Notes: generated by a model from the sequence alone, not told the origin. A DNA stretch of 48,533 bases from an uncultured Bacteroidales bacterium (GCA_946055775.1 CAMGHE010000001.1:1-48533), one strand, 5' to 3'. Counted from the stretch's first letter, positions 1 to 9,896 are shown. Program-made: numbers and translations.

Positions 1-1
1 T

Positions 2-394
2 CTCCATCACGGTGAGCGCCGCCTTGGCCTTCTGCCACATCTCGTAGGCCGCGCGCACCTGTTCGGCGCGGGCGCTGCCCGTAGCCTTGCGCTGCATGGC
101 TGTGGCGGCGTCGCGTGCGGCCTGGGCCTGCGACAGTTTGGCCTGAACGTCGGGCGCCTCGAGGAGCGCCAGCGTGTCGCCAGCATGTACCGTCTGGCCT
201 TCGCGCACCCTGAGCGAGAGCACGCGGCCCGGCACCTTGCTCGACACGCGGTATTCATCGACATCCACTTGGCCCTGGATGGTATCGTCCGTTTCGCTGA
301 AGGCATAGAGGCCCATCAGCACGGCGGCCGCCGTGATGACGCCCAGGATGGCTATCGACGGCAGCAGATTCAGTTTCTTGTTGTTATCAGACAT
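2..394 (-). CDS. HlyD-family efflux periplasmic adaptor, N-terminal part (runs off the window edge)
   Basis: Not in the ORF track; manual translation from ATG at 394: MSDNNKKLNLLPSIAILGVITAAAVLMGLYAFSETDDTIQGQVDVDEYRVSSKVPGRVLSLRVREGQTVHAGDTLALLEAPD. N-terminal TM, lipoyl-like half motif (SKVPGRV..L.VREGQ.V..GD.L) and a coiled coil; directly downstream of TolC. Confidence 0.9.
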   Translation of the reverse strand, partial: MSDNNKKLNLLPSIAILGVITAAAVLMGLYAFSETDDTIQGQVDVDEYRVSSKVPGRVLSLRVREGQTVHAGDTLALLEAPDVQAKLSQAQAARDAATAMQRKATGSARAEQVRAAYEMWQKAKAALTVME

Positions 395-438
395 GACACT
401 ATGTTTTTTTGTTCGGGTTTGACGTGTGGTGTGCGGCT

Positions 439-1920
439 TTATTCGCCGAGTGTGCCGAGCGCCTTTTGCCATTCGGCGCGGGCGAGACGAATGTCGATGG
501 CGGCGTCGATGCCGTCGCTCTGTGCTTGCAGCCATGCCGTGTGTGCCGCCAGCAGGTCGCTCGTGCTGAGCGTCTCGGCGTCGAACGAGGCGCGGGCCAC
601 GCGCAGGTTCTCGTCGGCGCGCTGGCGGTTAGCCAGCGTCAAGCGATAGCGGCGCTGGGCCTCGGCCACGCGGAGCGACGTCTGGTGTACCTGCAGTTGC
701 ACCTTCTCGCGGGCATCGTCCAGTTGGAAGGCCTTCATCAGCGCCTCGGCCTCGGCGGCGCGCACTTTGTAGCGTCCCTCGCCCCACTGCCATACCGGCA
801 CCTTGACCGTCACGCCGACGGCCCATGTGCCGCGGAAACGGCGTGCGAAGCCGTTGGTGAGCGAGGGATTGGTGGTGAGGTAGCCCCCCATGAGTGCCAC
901 CTGTGGTAGGAAGGCCGATCGTGCAATATGCACCTTTTCGCGATAGACCTGTGTGGCGTGCTCCAACTGCCGCAGTTCGGGGCGGCGGGCCAGTGCCAGC
1001 GCCGTGTCGGCCGGAGCGTTGGCCGCCAGGAGCGCCGTGCTGTCGGCCTCGGCCGCCGATGCCGGGGTTATGGGCATGTCGAGAGGCAGACCGCAGAGTT
1101 GGCACAGCAGCATGCGCGACAGCGTCAGGGCGTCGTCCACCTTGGCCAGTGTCAGCCGGGCTTCGCCGTGCTTCACGCCGACGCTCATCACGTCGGCGCG
1201 GGTCACCAAGCCCTGAGTCATCATCTTCTGCAAGTCGTCGTCCAGGCGAGCCAGCATCTCCGTATAGCTGACGGCCAGTTGGCGCTTGGCCTGTAGCGAT
1301 ACCAGTTGCCAGTAGGCGCGGTCCACTTCGATGAGCATCTCTTGGCCTGCGGCGCGGTGCTGCTCTCGCGCCACGTCTTCGGCATGGCGCGTGATGGCGT
1401 CGTAGGCGCGGATTTTGCCGCCCATGTAGAGGGGCTGCGTCAGCAGGATGGCGCCCATCGACATGTTGCGCGTGTCGGTGTGCAGGGCATCTACCAGTCC
1501 TTGGCCTACGGCGTTGAGGCTCTGTCCGGCCTGCCCCATCAGGGGCGACAGTTGCTGGACGAGGGGCGCCAGGTCGGGGTTTTGCGCCACAATCTGCCCC
1601 ATCTGGCTATTCATGCTGTTGCCCAGGCGCGTGCCCATGCTTTGGAGTGATGCCTTTTGGTCGTCGCTGAGTAGGGAAATCTCGTCGCCGGTGCGCATGT
1701 AGGTGCCGACGGCCTGCACTTTGGGCAGGTAGTTGGTGCGCGCGGCGCGGTGCTCGTAATGGGCCTTGTCGATGGCAGCGCGGCTCTCGGCCATGCGTTT
1801 GTTTTGGCTAAGGGCCATGGCGCGCAGACTGTCCAGGCTATACACCTGGGCCATGGCGTCTGGTGCGGTGAGCACCAGGGCTGCCACCAGCGCGGTCAGC
1901 GTGTGATGTAGTCTTTTCAT
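439..1920 (-). CDS. TolC-family outer membrane efflux protein
   Basis: Signal peptide, two OEP repeats (NYLPKVQ...LTQPLYMGG and AFLPQVAL...VKVPVWQWG), C-terminal 'EWQKALG'; upstream of a HlyD adaptor. Confidence 0.92.
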   Translation of the reverse strand: MKRLHHTLTALVAALVLTAPDAMAQVYSLDSLRAMALSQNKRMAESRAAIDKAHYEHRAARTNYLPKVQAVGTYMRTGDEISLLSDDQKASLQSMGTRLGNSMNSQMGQIVAQNPDLAPLVQQLSPLMGQAGQSLNAVGQGLVDALHTDTRNMSMGAILLTQPLYMGGKIRAYDAITRHAEDVAREQHRAAGQEMLIEVDRAYWQLVSLQAKRQLAVSYTEMLARLDDDLQKMMTQGLVTRADVMSVGVKHGEARLTLAKVDDALTLSRMLLCQLCGLPLDMPITPASAAEADSTALLAANAPADTALALARRPELRQLEHATQVYREKVHIARSAFLPQVALMGGYLTTNPSLTNGFARRFRGTWAVGVTVKVPVWQWGEGRYKVRAAEAEALMKAFQLDDAREKVQLQVHQTSLRVAEAQRRYRLTLANRQRADENLRVARASFDAETLSTSDLLAAHTAWLQAQSDGIDAAIDIRLARAEWQKALGTLGE

Positions 1921-1947
1921 ACTTAAGGTACGTCTTGTGAGTCAAGG

Positions 1948-1955
1948 CAAAGGTA
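1948..1955 (-). promoter_or_regulatory. Bacteroidetes -7 promoter element for tolC-hlyD
   Basis: CAAAGGTA on + = TACCTTTG on -, matching TAnnTTTG, 27 bp upstream of the tolC ATG. Confidence 0.65.
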
Positions 1956-2071
1956 GGCATTTCTTCCCGCCCACGATCCGCCGTGCCGAAGAAAGGGGAA
2001 GTCTTTGCGTGATAGCGGAAAATGTGGGCGATAATCGCGCCGCTCCTTTCGCTCGGCCAAAATAAAAGTGC

Positions 2072-2079
2072 TACCTTTG
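2072..2079 (+). promoter_or_regulatory. Bacteroidetes -7 promoter element for pyrH
   Basis: TACCTTTG followed by an AT-rich leader and ATG at 2108; divergent from the tolC promoter. Confidence 0.65.
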
Positions 2080-2107
2080 CCACATATTATATATAATGTA
2101 TAGCCAT

Positions 2108-2818
2108 ATGAAAAAGTTCAATCGCATTCTTCTCAAGCTCAGCGGCGAGAGCCTCATGGGCGAACAGGGCTACGGCATCGATACCAAGCGCCTCAACGAA
2201 TATGCCGCACAGATCAAGGAAGTGCAGCAGATGGGCGTGCAGATTAGCATCGTCATCGGCGGCGGCAACATCTTCCGCGGCCTGAGCGGCGCAGGCAAAG
2301 GCTTCGACCGTGTCAAGGGCGACCAGATGGGCATGTGCGCCACCGTCATCAACTCTCTCGCGCTCAGTTCGGCCCTCGGCGCCGCCGGCGTCAAGAGCCG
2401 CGTGCTCACCGCCATCCGCATGGAGCCCATCGGCGAGTTCTATAGCAAGTGGAAGGCCATCGAGGCTATGGAACGCGGCGAGGTGGCCATCATCAGCTGC
2501 GGCACGGGCTCGCCCTATTTCACCACCGACACGGGCTCGTCGCTCCGCGGCATCGAGATTGAGGCCGACGTCATGCTCAAGGGCACCCGCGTTGATGGCG
2601 TCTATACCGCCGATCCCGAAAAGGACCCCACCGCGACAAAGTTCAGCGACATCTCCTACGACGAGGTCCTGCAGCGCGGACTGCGCGTGATGGACATCAC
2701 CGCCACCGCCATGTGCAAGGAGAACAACCTGCCCATCTACGTCTTCAACATGGACATCGTGGGCAACCTCAAGAAGGTCATCGAAGGCGAGGACATCGGC
2801 ACCTTTGTCCACGCCTGA
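2108..2818 (+). CDS. pyrH: UMP kinase
   Basis: RILLKLSGESL, VIGGGNIFRG, GDQMGM, PYFTTD, DGVYTADP motifs; start taken at MKKFNR. Confidence 0.97.
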   Translation: MKKFNRILLKLSGESLMGEQGYGIDTKRLNEYAAQIKEVQQMGVQISIVIGGGNIFRGLSGAGKGFDRVKGDQMGMCATVINSLALSSALGAAGVKSRVLTAIRMEPIGEFYSKWKAIEAMERGEVAIISCGTGSPYFTTDTGSSLRGIEIEADVMLKGTRVDGVYTADPEKDPTATKFSDISYDEVLQRGLRVMDITATAMCKENNLPIYVFNMDIVGNLKKVIEGEDIGTFVHA

Positions 2819-2864
2819 CCCCAACACAATAACTTTATCACAATCCAACAACTATCAGCCAACC

Positions 2865-5800
2865 ATGAAAAACAAATATCTTGCGGCGCTTCTCGCCCTC
2901 TTGCCTGCCGCCTCCATGACGGCCCAGGACGTGGACCGCACGAAGTATCCCGACTACGACGACACCTACCGCCCCGACTATTCGCTGCTGCAGGCTGTCA
3001 AGAAAGCCCGCGCTCTCAAGGCCACGGGCACGGGTGACGAACTGCCCGACCACTGGAACAACGCCGACTTCAAGCACTTCCCGCCCGTCTTCAATCAGGA
3101 CGGCGGCTCCTGCGGCTCGGCATCGCGCATCTGCTATATGTTCACCCACGAGCTCAACTCCTTCCGCGATGCCGACGGCAGCGACATGCACAACCAGTAC
3201 CCCTCCCACTTCGTCTGGCTGCACACCAACACCGGTTCGAACAAGGACGTGTTTGTCGAGTTCGTCGGCGTGCCCTCGGCCTACACCTATGGCGGCCGCA
3301 CCTACTCCAAGCTCTTCGGCAACCAGGTGGAAAGCCAGGCCGACTTCGGCTGGATGACGGGCTACGAGAAGTGGTATGAGGGCATGTTCAACCGCACGTA
3401 CACGCCCACTCACCTGCCGATGAATGTCAGCACCGAGGAGGGCCGCGAACTGCTCAAGCGCTGGCTGTGGAACCACTGCGGCGACAGCGACTTCCACTCC
3501 GGCGGTCTAGCCGGCATCGGCGTGGCCAGTGCCGTCACCACCGAGCGCATCGCCTCTACGCCCAACAACGATGTCACCGGCGCCGTGGGCAAGAAGTATG
3601 TCAAGAAATGGGGCACCACCGTGGACCACGCCCTGACCATCGTGGGCTACGACGACCGCATCGAGTTCGACCTCAACGGCAACGGCATCTACGGCGAGAA
3701 ATCGGCCGACGAGGTCGGCGCATGGATCATCGTCAACTCGTGGGGCTCGGGATGGGCCAACAACGGCTTCATCTACTGTCCCTACGCCTACGGCGGCGCC
3801 TCGTTCGACAGCGACGGCAACTTCCGCAAAAACTGGTGGGCGCCCGAACTCTACAAGGTGCGCAAGAACTACCGCCCCGAGCGTACCATCCGCGTCAAGA
3901 TGGACTACTCCCGCCGCTCCGAACTGAGCATCAGCGCCGGCGTCTCCTCCGACATCAACGCCACCGAGCCCGACGTGACGATGGGCTTCCACCACTTCCA
4001 GTATGCCGGCGACGGCAACAACGGCAGGACCACGCCCGCACCCGAGATTCCCATGCTTGGACGCTGGGCCGACGGCCGGTTGCACGACGAGCCGATGGAG
4101 TTTGGCTACGACCTGACCGACTTTACCGCCACCTACGACAAGAACAAACCGCTCAAGTACTTCCTCGTCATCGACACCAAGGCCGGCGCCCTGGGAACGG
4201 GCCATATCTACGACGCTGCCATCATGGACTACACCCTCGACGAGAACGGCGTGGAGATACCCTTCGACATCGCCGGTGCCGAAGGCGTAGAGATAAAGAA
4301 CGACGGCCAGCGCACCCTCATCTCCGTCGTGGTGCAGGGCTATGGCGTCCACACGCCCACCAATGCCCGCATCGGCAGCGACAACGTCATGCGCTGGGAT
4401 GCCCCGCAGCGCTCCGGCCACACCATCACCGGCTACCGCATCTACGATGGCGACATGGTCATTGCCAACATCCCCGCCAATACCATGCAGTACACGCCCC
4501 AGGAGCCCGACCAGAAGTCCTACGGCGTGACGGCCGTCTATGGCCAGCTGGAGTCGGACAAGGTGATGGCCACCAAGCCCACCGCCGACTATACGGCACA
4601 GTCCATCCGCCTGTCCAAGTCGGGCATGACCCTGCCCCACGTCTTCGATAACCGCTATGCCAACGCCACCATCGAATACTGGATTAAGTGCACCAGCATC
4701 AACGAGAACAACCAGAACTTCGGCCCGGGCTGGGGACAGTTCCTCTGCTACAGCGCCTCGGGCGGCGCCATGAACGTAGGCTGGGACAGCAGCAACCGCG
4801 CAACGGTCAACACCGCCTATACCGTCGGTGTGTGGCGCCATATTGCCATCGTCGTTGAGGGCAACAAGATGACCGTCTATGTCAACGGTGTGCGCAAGAG
4901 CAGCGTCACCTCCAAAACCTACAGCGGTCTGGGCGGTTTCGGTGACCTGGTGTTCAACTATACCGAGGGATCCAACGTCTGCACCAACGCTCAGATGGAC
5001 GAGATACGCATTTGGAATACGGCCCGCACTGCCGACGAAATCAAGAACAACTATAAGAAGCAGTTTGCAGCCGGCGCCCTGCCCGCCTCCCTAGTGGCCT
5101 ACTATCAGGGCGACCTCGTCAAGGTAGGCGAAGAAGAATACCTCCGTGACCACACGCAGAACGGCTACCACGGCCGCTTCACCACCGATGCCCACGACGT
5201 GCGTCCCGCCAACGCCATGGGTCTGGCGCTCGACTCGACCGTCACCGTCACTATCGACACCCTTGCCACCGACCCCATCAAGGGTCTGCCCGTCCGCCTC
5301 TCGGCCACTGCAGGTCCCGGCGTCCAGGAACTGGTGTGGAACGTGCCCTCGGCCGGCATCAGCGACCTGCACATCAACCAGCCCTCCGTCATCTTCGGCG
5401 ACCTGGGCAGCCAGATGGCCATGGTCACCGCCATCGGCCTGGACGGCACGACGACGGCACACGACACCCTCACGTTCAACGTCGTCGGTTCTGAGGCTCC
5501 CCGCGCAGCCTTCACCGCCAGCAAGACCAGCGCCTCGGCCGGCGAGCAGATTACCTTCCTCGTTACCGACCCGCAGCCCGACTTCAGCTACGAATGGAGC
5601 ATCCCGGGCTCCAACCACGAGACGGCAGGTATGGTCAATGTCGGTGCCATCTTCAGCCAAGAGGGCGACTATACCGTGACGCTCACCGTCACCTCGCCCG
5701 ATGGCCGCAAGGCTGTTGCTACCAAGGAAATCCACATCGAGGGCGTGCCCCCCGTGGCAGCCCTCAACGTCAGCCCGGCCGTCGTGGTACGCGGACAGGC

Positions 5801-7367
5801 TACGGGCTTGACCAGCCACTCGCAGTACGGACCGACGTCGCTCAAGTGGACCGTGACCAACGGCCACCGCGCCTATATCGGCGAGGGCGAGCGCCTCGTC
5901 TTCGCACCCACCAAGGCCGGCATCTACGACGTCACCCTCACGGCCACCAATGCCAAGGGCCAAGACGCCTACACCGAGCACAACGCCCTCACCGTATGCA
6001 ACGCCGACAGCAAGACGGGCCTCACCTTCGAGGCGCTCGATGCCTGCGTCACCGCAGCCGGCGTGCCCTTCAAAGAGGGGCAGTCGGGTTTCGCTGTCGA
6101 TTTCTGGTTCAAGTATAACACCCTCTCTGCCGAAGGCAATGCCATCGGCGACAGCAAGAGCACCTTCCTCCTCAACACCACGCTGGCCCACGAACTCGTG
6201 GTCAACGTCGGTGGCAAGAGCGTCAAGAGTGCCTCGGGCTTCCTCATCCCCAACGAGTGGCACCACTACGCCGTCTCCTGCAACGAAAATGGCAACGTCC
6301 GCTTCTACCGTGACGGCCAGTATATGACCGTCAAGTCGCTCGGCATCAAACAACTCCCCGCCGTCCACAAGTTTGCCCTCGGTCAGGAAGACCTCTACTT
6401 CCATGCCTCTATCGACGAGCTCCGCGTATGGGGTAAGTACCTCAGTCAGGACAATATCCGCGAGGTGGCCAACCAGCCCCTCGAAGGTGACCTGCTGGCA
6501 AAGGCCAAGGACGAGTATGCCCTGCAGCTCTACTACGACTTCAATCAGGCAGGCAGCGACCTCACCGACCTCTCCGGCAACGGACACACTGGTGTGCGCT
6601 CGGGCTTCGGTCCTGCGGGCGACGCCTTCAGCTCGTCGCTCGGCGTCTTCTGCCTCGATTTTGACGACGAGAGCGAGGATATCACCGCCAGCACCCTGGT
6701 CAACTACAAGGCCGACTTTCAGATTACGATGCAGACCTACAATCCTTCGGGTGGTAGCATGCGCTTCATGACTCTCGCCGACTGGACCCGCGAAAACGAG
6801 GGTAACACCTCGCAGCGTACCGGCGCCCATGTCGATGCCAATAAGGGCTACTATCTGACCATCACCACCGGTTGGGACGGCTTTGCCAACGAGCTGGCCG
6901 ACCATAAGGTCTATCAGACGGTCACCCTCGCCCCCGGTCTCTACACCTTCACTGCCAACTACGGTACTTATGAGGGACAGGCCGATGGCTGCTACCTCGT
7001 AGCCGCCCAAGGCAAGGGTCTGCCCGACACGGCCGACATGCCCACGGCTTCGCTCAACTACCTGCCCATGGAGGCCAAGAACAGTACGGTGACGAGCAAC
7101 GCCCTCGTCTTCCAGGTGGCCGAACGCACCGAGGTGAGCCTCGGCATCGTGGCCAACATGAGCGGTAAGCAGTGCGTCGCCATTCGCGATTTCGCCCTCA
7201 ACTTCTGTCCCGCCGAGGTAGCACAGCCCCTGCCTGACGGAATCGGTACTATCGACGTCGCCAACCCGCTCACTCGCGGCATCTACGACCTTAACGGCCG
7301 CCGTGTCAATGAAACGCGTCGCGGTAACCTCTACATCATTGATGGCAACAAGGTGGTAGCCGAATAA
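2865..7367 (+). CDS. Secreted multidomain protein: papain-like (C1) cysteine peptidase, FN3-like, LamG, PKD repeats, second LamG, beta-sandwich, T9SS-like C-terminal tail
   Basis: Signal peptide MKNKYLAALL..AQD; NQDGGSCG, DHALTIVGYD and IVNSWGSGW motifs; LamG motifs WRHIAIV..VYVNG/MDEIRIWN and WHHYAV/IDELRVW; PKD motifs GDYTVTLTVT and GIYDVTLTATN; C-terminal GIYDLNGRRV..GNLYIIDGNKVV. Confidence 0.8.
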   Translation: MKNKYLAALLALLPAASMTAQDVDRTKYPDYDDTYRPDYSLLQAVKKARALKATGTGDELPDHWNNADFKHFPPVFNQDGGSCGSASRICYMFTHELNSFRDADGSDMHNQYPSHFVWLHTNTGSNKDVFVEFVGVPSAYTYGGRTYSKLFGNQVESQADFGWMTGYEKWYEGMFNRTYTPTHLPMNVSTEEGRELLKRWLWNHCGDSDFHSGGLAGIGVASAVTTERIASTPNNDVTGAVGKKYVKKWGTTVDHALTIVGYDDRIEFDLNGNGIYGEKSADEVGAWIIVNSWGSGWANNGFIYCPYAYGGASFDSDGNFRKNWWAPELYKVRKNYRPERTIRVKMDYSRRSELSISAGVSSDINATEPDVTMGFHHFQYAGDGNNGRTTPAPEIPMLGRWADGRLHDEPMEFGYDLTDFTATYDKNKPLKYFLVIDTKAGALGTGHIYDAAIMDYTLDENGVEIPFDIAGAEGVEIKNDGQRTLISVVVQGYGVHTPTNARIGSDNVMRWDAPQRSGHTITGYRIYDGDMVIANIPANTMQYTPQEPDQKSYGVTAVYGQLESDKVMATKPTADYTAQSIRLSKSGMTLPHVFDNRYANATIEYWIKCTSINENNQNFGPGWGQFLCYSASGGAMNVGWDSSNRATVNTAYTVGVWRHIAIVVEGNKMTVYVNGVRKSSVTSKTYSGLGGFGDLVFNYTEGSNVCTNAQMDEIRIWNTARTADEIKNNYKKQFAAGALPASLVAYYQGDLVKVGEEEYLRDHTQNGYHGRFTTDAHDVRPANAMGLALDSTVTVTIDTLATDPIKGLPVRLSATAGPGVQELVWNVPSAGISDLHINQPSVIFGDLGSQMAMVTAIGLDGTTTAHDTLTFNVVGSEAPRAAFTASKTSASAGEQITFLVTDPQPDFSYEWSIPGSNHETAGMVNVGAIFSQEGDYTVTLTVTSPDGRKAVATKEIHIEGVPPVAALNVSPAVVVRGQATGLTSHSQYGPTSLKWTVTNGHRAYIGEGERLVFAPTKAGIYDVTLTATNAKGQDAYTEHNALTVCNADSKTGLTFEALDACVTAAGVPFKEGQSGFAVDFWFKYNTLSAEGNAIGDSKSTFLLNTTLAHELVVNVGGKSVKSASGFLIPNEWHHYAVSCNENGNVRFYRDGQYMTVKSLGIKQLPAVHKFALGQEDLYFHASIDELRVWGKYLSQDNIREVANQPLEGDLLAKAKDEYALQLYYDFNQAGSDLTDLSGNGHTGVRSGFGPAGDAFSSSLGVFCLDFDDESEDITASTLVNYKADFQITMQTYNPSGGSMRFMTLADWTRENEGNTSQRTGAHVDANKGYYLTITTGWDGFANELADHKVYQTVTLAPGLYTFTANYGTYEGQADGCYLVAAQGKGLPDTADMPTASLNYLPMEAKNSTVTSNALVFQVAERTEVSLGIVANMSGKQCVAIRDFALNFCPAEVAQPLPDGIGTIDVANPLTRGIYDLNGRRVNETRRGNLYIIDGNKVVAE

Positions 7368-7392
7368 CAGACCATCTTAATCTACACTGACC

Positions 7393-7430
7393 AAGATGCC
7401 CTGAAAGTATTCCGCTTTCAGGGCGTCTTT
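7393..7430 (+). terminator. Rho-independent terminator
   Basis: AAGATGCCCTGAAAG-loop-CTTTCAGGGCGTCTTT hairpin just after the protease stop. Confidence 0.8.
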
Positions 7431-7624
7431 ATATGCGTTCAATCGCCCGCCAGACCTACTTTCTCCGCCCGCCACACCATCATCCTCCCCCACAGCCTAT
7501 CATCCATTCATAGATGGCCATGGTGACACGCCCCTGTCTCCCCAATTGCGGTACGCACGTCTAATTATTGGACAGCAATGATAAATAATAAGGCGTCGTG
7601 TAGGCGCGTCGGGTGAAAAATACT

Positions 7625-7632
7625 TAACTTTG
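7625..7632 (+). promoter_or_regulatory. -7 promoter element for pflA
   Basis: TAACTTTG about 80 bp upstream of the ATG at 7713. Confidence 0.5.
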
Positions 7633-7712
7633 TGACTAAACAGCGAGACGACTGCCCATTGCGGTTCGTCATTCTATTTTTCTTCAGTGCAATACCTTCA
7701 ATCCCTACGTCC

Positions 7713-8447
7713 ATGAAAGCCATCAATGTACACAGTTACGAGAGCATGGGCACCTTCGACGGTCCCGGTCTGCGTTACGTCATCTTCCTTCAGGGTTGCC
7801 CCTTCCGCTGCCTCTACTGCGCCAACCCCGACACCATCGACATGGTGGGCGAGAGCCACGCCACTTCGCCGCAGTACATCCTCGAACAGGCCAAGTCGAT
7901 GAAGCCCTTCTTCGGCAAGCGCGGCGGCGTCACCTTCTCGGGCGGCGAGCCCACTGTGCAGGCCGAGGCCCTCGTGCCGCTGTTTGAACAACTCAAGAAG
8001 GCGGGCATACACATCTGCGTTGACAGCAACGGCACGGTGTGGAACGAGCACGTCGAGCGCCTGTTCTCCCTGGCCGACCTCATCCTGCTCGACGTCAAGG
8101 AAATCAACCCCGAGCGCCATCGCCATATCACGGAGCGCAGCAACGAGCGCACGCTCCAAACGGCTGCCTGGCTCGAAGAGCACAACCACCCCTTCTGGCT
8201 CCGCTACGTCCTGGTGCCCGGACTGAGCGACTTTGAGGAAGACCTCCACGCCCTGGGTCGCCACTTCAAGGACTACAAGCAGATTGAGCGCGTCGAACTC
8301 CTGCCCTACCACACCCTCGGTGTACACAAGTACGAGTCGATGGGACTCGACTACAAACTCAAGGACACGAAGGAGAATACCCCTGATCAGATTGACCGCG
8401 CCGAGGCCATCCTCCGCCCCTACTTTCCCCAGCTCGTCGTCAACTGA
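7713..8447 (+). CDS. pflA: Pyruvate formate-lyase activating enzyme (radical SAM)
   Basis: HSYESMGTFDGPGLR, CPFRCLYCANPD (CxxxCxxC), GGVTFSGGEP, ELLPYHTLG; start taken at MKAINV. Confidence 0.93.
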   Translation: MKAINVHSYESMGTFDGPGLRYVIFLQGCPFRCLYCANPDTIDMVGESHATSPQYILEQAKSMKPFFGKRGGVTFSGGEPTVQAEALVPLFEQLKKAGIHICVDSNGTVWNEHVERLFSLADLILLDVKEINPERHRHITERSNERTLQTAAWLEEHNHPFWLRYVLVPGLSDFEEDLHALGRHFKDYKQIERVELLPYHTLGVHKYESMGLDYKLKDTKENTPDQIDRAEAILRPYFPQLVVN

Positions 8448-8477
8448 CGCATTGTCTTACTCTTAAAATACACACGA

Positions 8478-9803
8478 ATGATGAACAACATCTCTTCCTC
8501 TACGGCCGAGGGCTTTCTGCCCATGTTGCGCCGCGTGCCGCTGGGCTTGGCGACCGCTCTTTTCATCGTGCTTTCCACCCTTTGGAGTGTATTGGGCTAT
8601 CGCTTTGCGTTTAATTTGACTGATTATACGACGGGGTACATCATTGTTAGCATTGTAACCTTGTTGATTTCGCTGCCCTTCTGGGTCATCGTGCTATCGC
8701 ATTCGTTCACATCACGCATCGGTAAGGTGATGGGCTTTGTGGCCATAGGCGTGTATTTCGTCGCCTCACTGCTGACGCTGATATTTTCAGACACACCCTT
8801 CATCGGCCTTGCTATCGTTCCAATGTATATTTTGGGATGTCTCTTCTCCTCATCACACTATCGTTGGGCCTGGATTCTTGTCGCTGTAGGGTCTTTCTTT
8901 GGCTCTCTTTCTTGGGCTATGTTAGACTGCTTTGCCGACAAGACCCTTCCCTATCTGGGTGCGACCTCCTTCAGATATATCTTATGGTACGCTGGCTTGT
9001 TGGCTTTCCTTTATTTGGGCCTTGTTTCTGCTCGGCCAGAGTCAGAGCGTAAGCCCTTACTTGCTGGCGATACGTTGACCACGTTTGCCCTGCCCCGCAT
9101 TTTCGCCATCGTGTCCATGATTCTTCTCGTCGTTGCCATAGTGCTGCTTGTTGTTATGACGTTGGGGTCAGGCGTGGACAGCCGCTATTCTTGGGAAAGT
9201 TCTTGGTCCTATGGTTTTTCCTCCCGCTACTACGATATTGAAGCACTCATTCCCATTGGTATGTTGCTGGCCCTTGGCTTCCACTTTGCGGTGGCCGCCT
9301 TGCTTTTCGTGTTCATGCGCGTCCGGTCGATGGGCATTAAACTGATTGGTATGATCACACTGGGGGTTGGTCTGCTGTTGACAATCTTTTTGGGCGCAGT
9401 ATTGATAGCTCTTATGGACCACATCAATGATGATGAAGCTATTACGTTGTATGAAGTTGTAGGTTTCTCCCTTCCCCTTATCCTTGCTGTACCCTTATGG
9501 CTGGCCAAGCATCGCGCTGCTGGCCATTCACGCGCCGTACTCTCGGCAACAGTAGCCGGTCTCGTGGTGATGTCTGTTTCTATGCTGTTCTTGTCGGAGT
9601 CCAACGGCTATCTTAGAGAATGGGTTGATGTCAGTGTGGTGAATGTCATTGTTTTCCAGATCTTCCGGCCTTATCTCTTCCTTTTGGTTCCGATGCTTGC
9701 TTTGGCCTTTCCCAGGCTGCAGCGGCGTTGGGTCTTTATGATAATGGCCATCTTCACCTTCATGATGGTGATGCTCCATTTTATCTCAGATATACTTGAC
9801 TGA
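8478..9803 (+). CDS. Hypothetical polytopic membrane protein (roughly 12 TM segments)
   Basis: 441-aa ORF of repeated hydrophobic stretches; no family motif recognised; T-rich codon usage unlike neighbours. Confidence 0.7.
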   Translation: MMNNISSSTAEGFLPMLRRVPLGLATALFIVLSTLWSVLGYRFAFNLTDYTTGYIIVSIVTLLISLPFWVIVLSHSFTSRIGKVMGFVAIGVYFVASLLTLIFSDTPFIGLAIVPMYILGCLFSSSHYRWAWILVAVGSFFGSLSWAMLDCFADKTLPYLGATSFRYILWYAGLLAFLYLGLVSARPESERKPLLAGDTLTTFALPRIFAIVSMILLVVAIVLLVVMTLGSGVDSRYSWESSWSYGFSSRYYDIEALIPIGMLLALGFHFAVAALLFVFMRVRSMGIKLIGMITLGVGLLLTIFLGAVLIALMDHINDDEAITLYEVVGFSLPLILAVPLWLAKHRAAGHSRAVLSATVAGLVVMSVSMLFLSESNGYLREWVDVSVVNVIVFQIFRPYLFLLVPMLALAFPRLQRRWVFMIMAIFTFMMVMLHFISDILD

Positions 9804-9820
9804 TTATCGGTCATCAACGC

Positions 9821-9863
9821 AAATCCCGCCCCGCCATCTCAGCGATGACTCGGGGCGGGATTT
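9821..9863. terminator. Probable bidirectional terminator
   Basis: AAATCCCGCCCCG...CGGGGCGGGATTT inverted repeat between convergent genes. Confidence 0.8.
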
Positions 9864-9896
9864 GTTATATGATATATAATAGGTGTAGGTGCCGCG

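Noticed and set aside
7-306. 99-aa ORF listed in the track
   Set aside because: Wrong frame; the real gene is the HlyD adaptor starting at 394 and running off the window.
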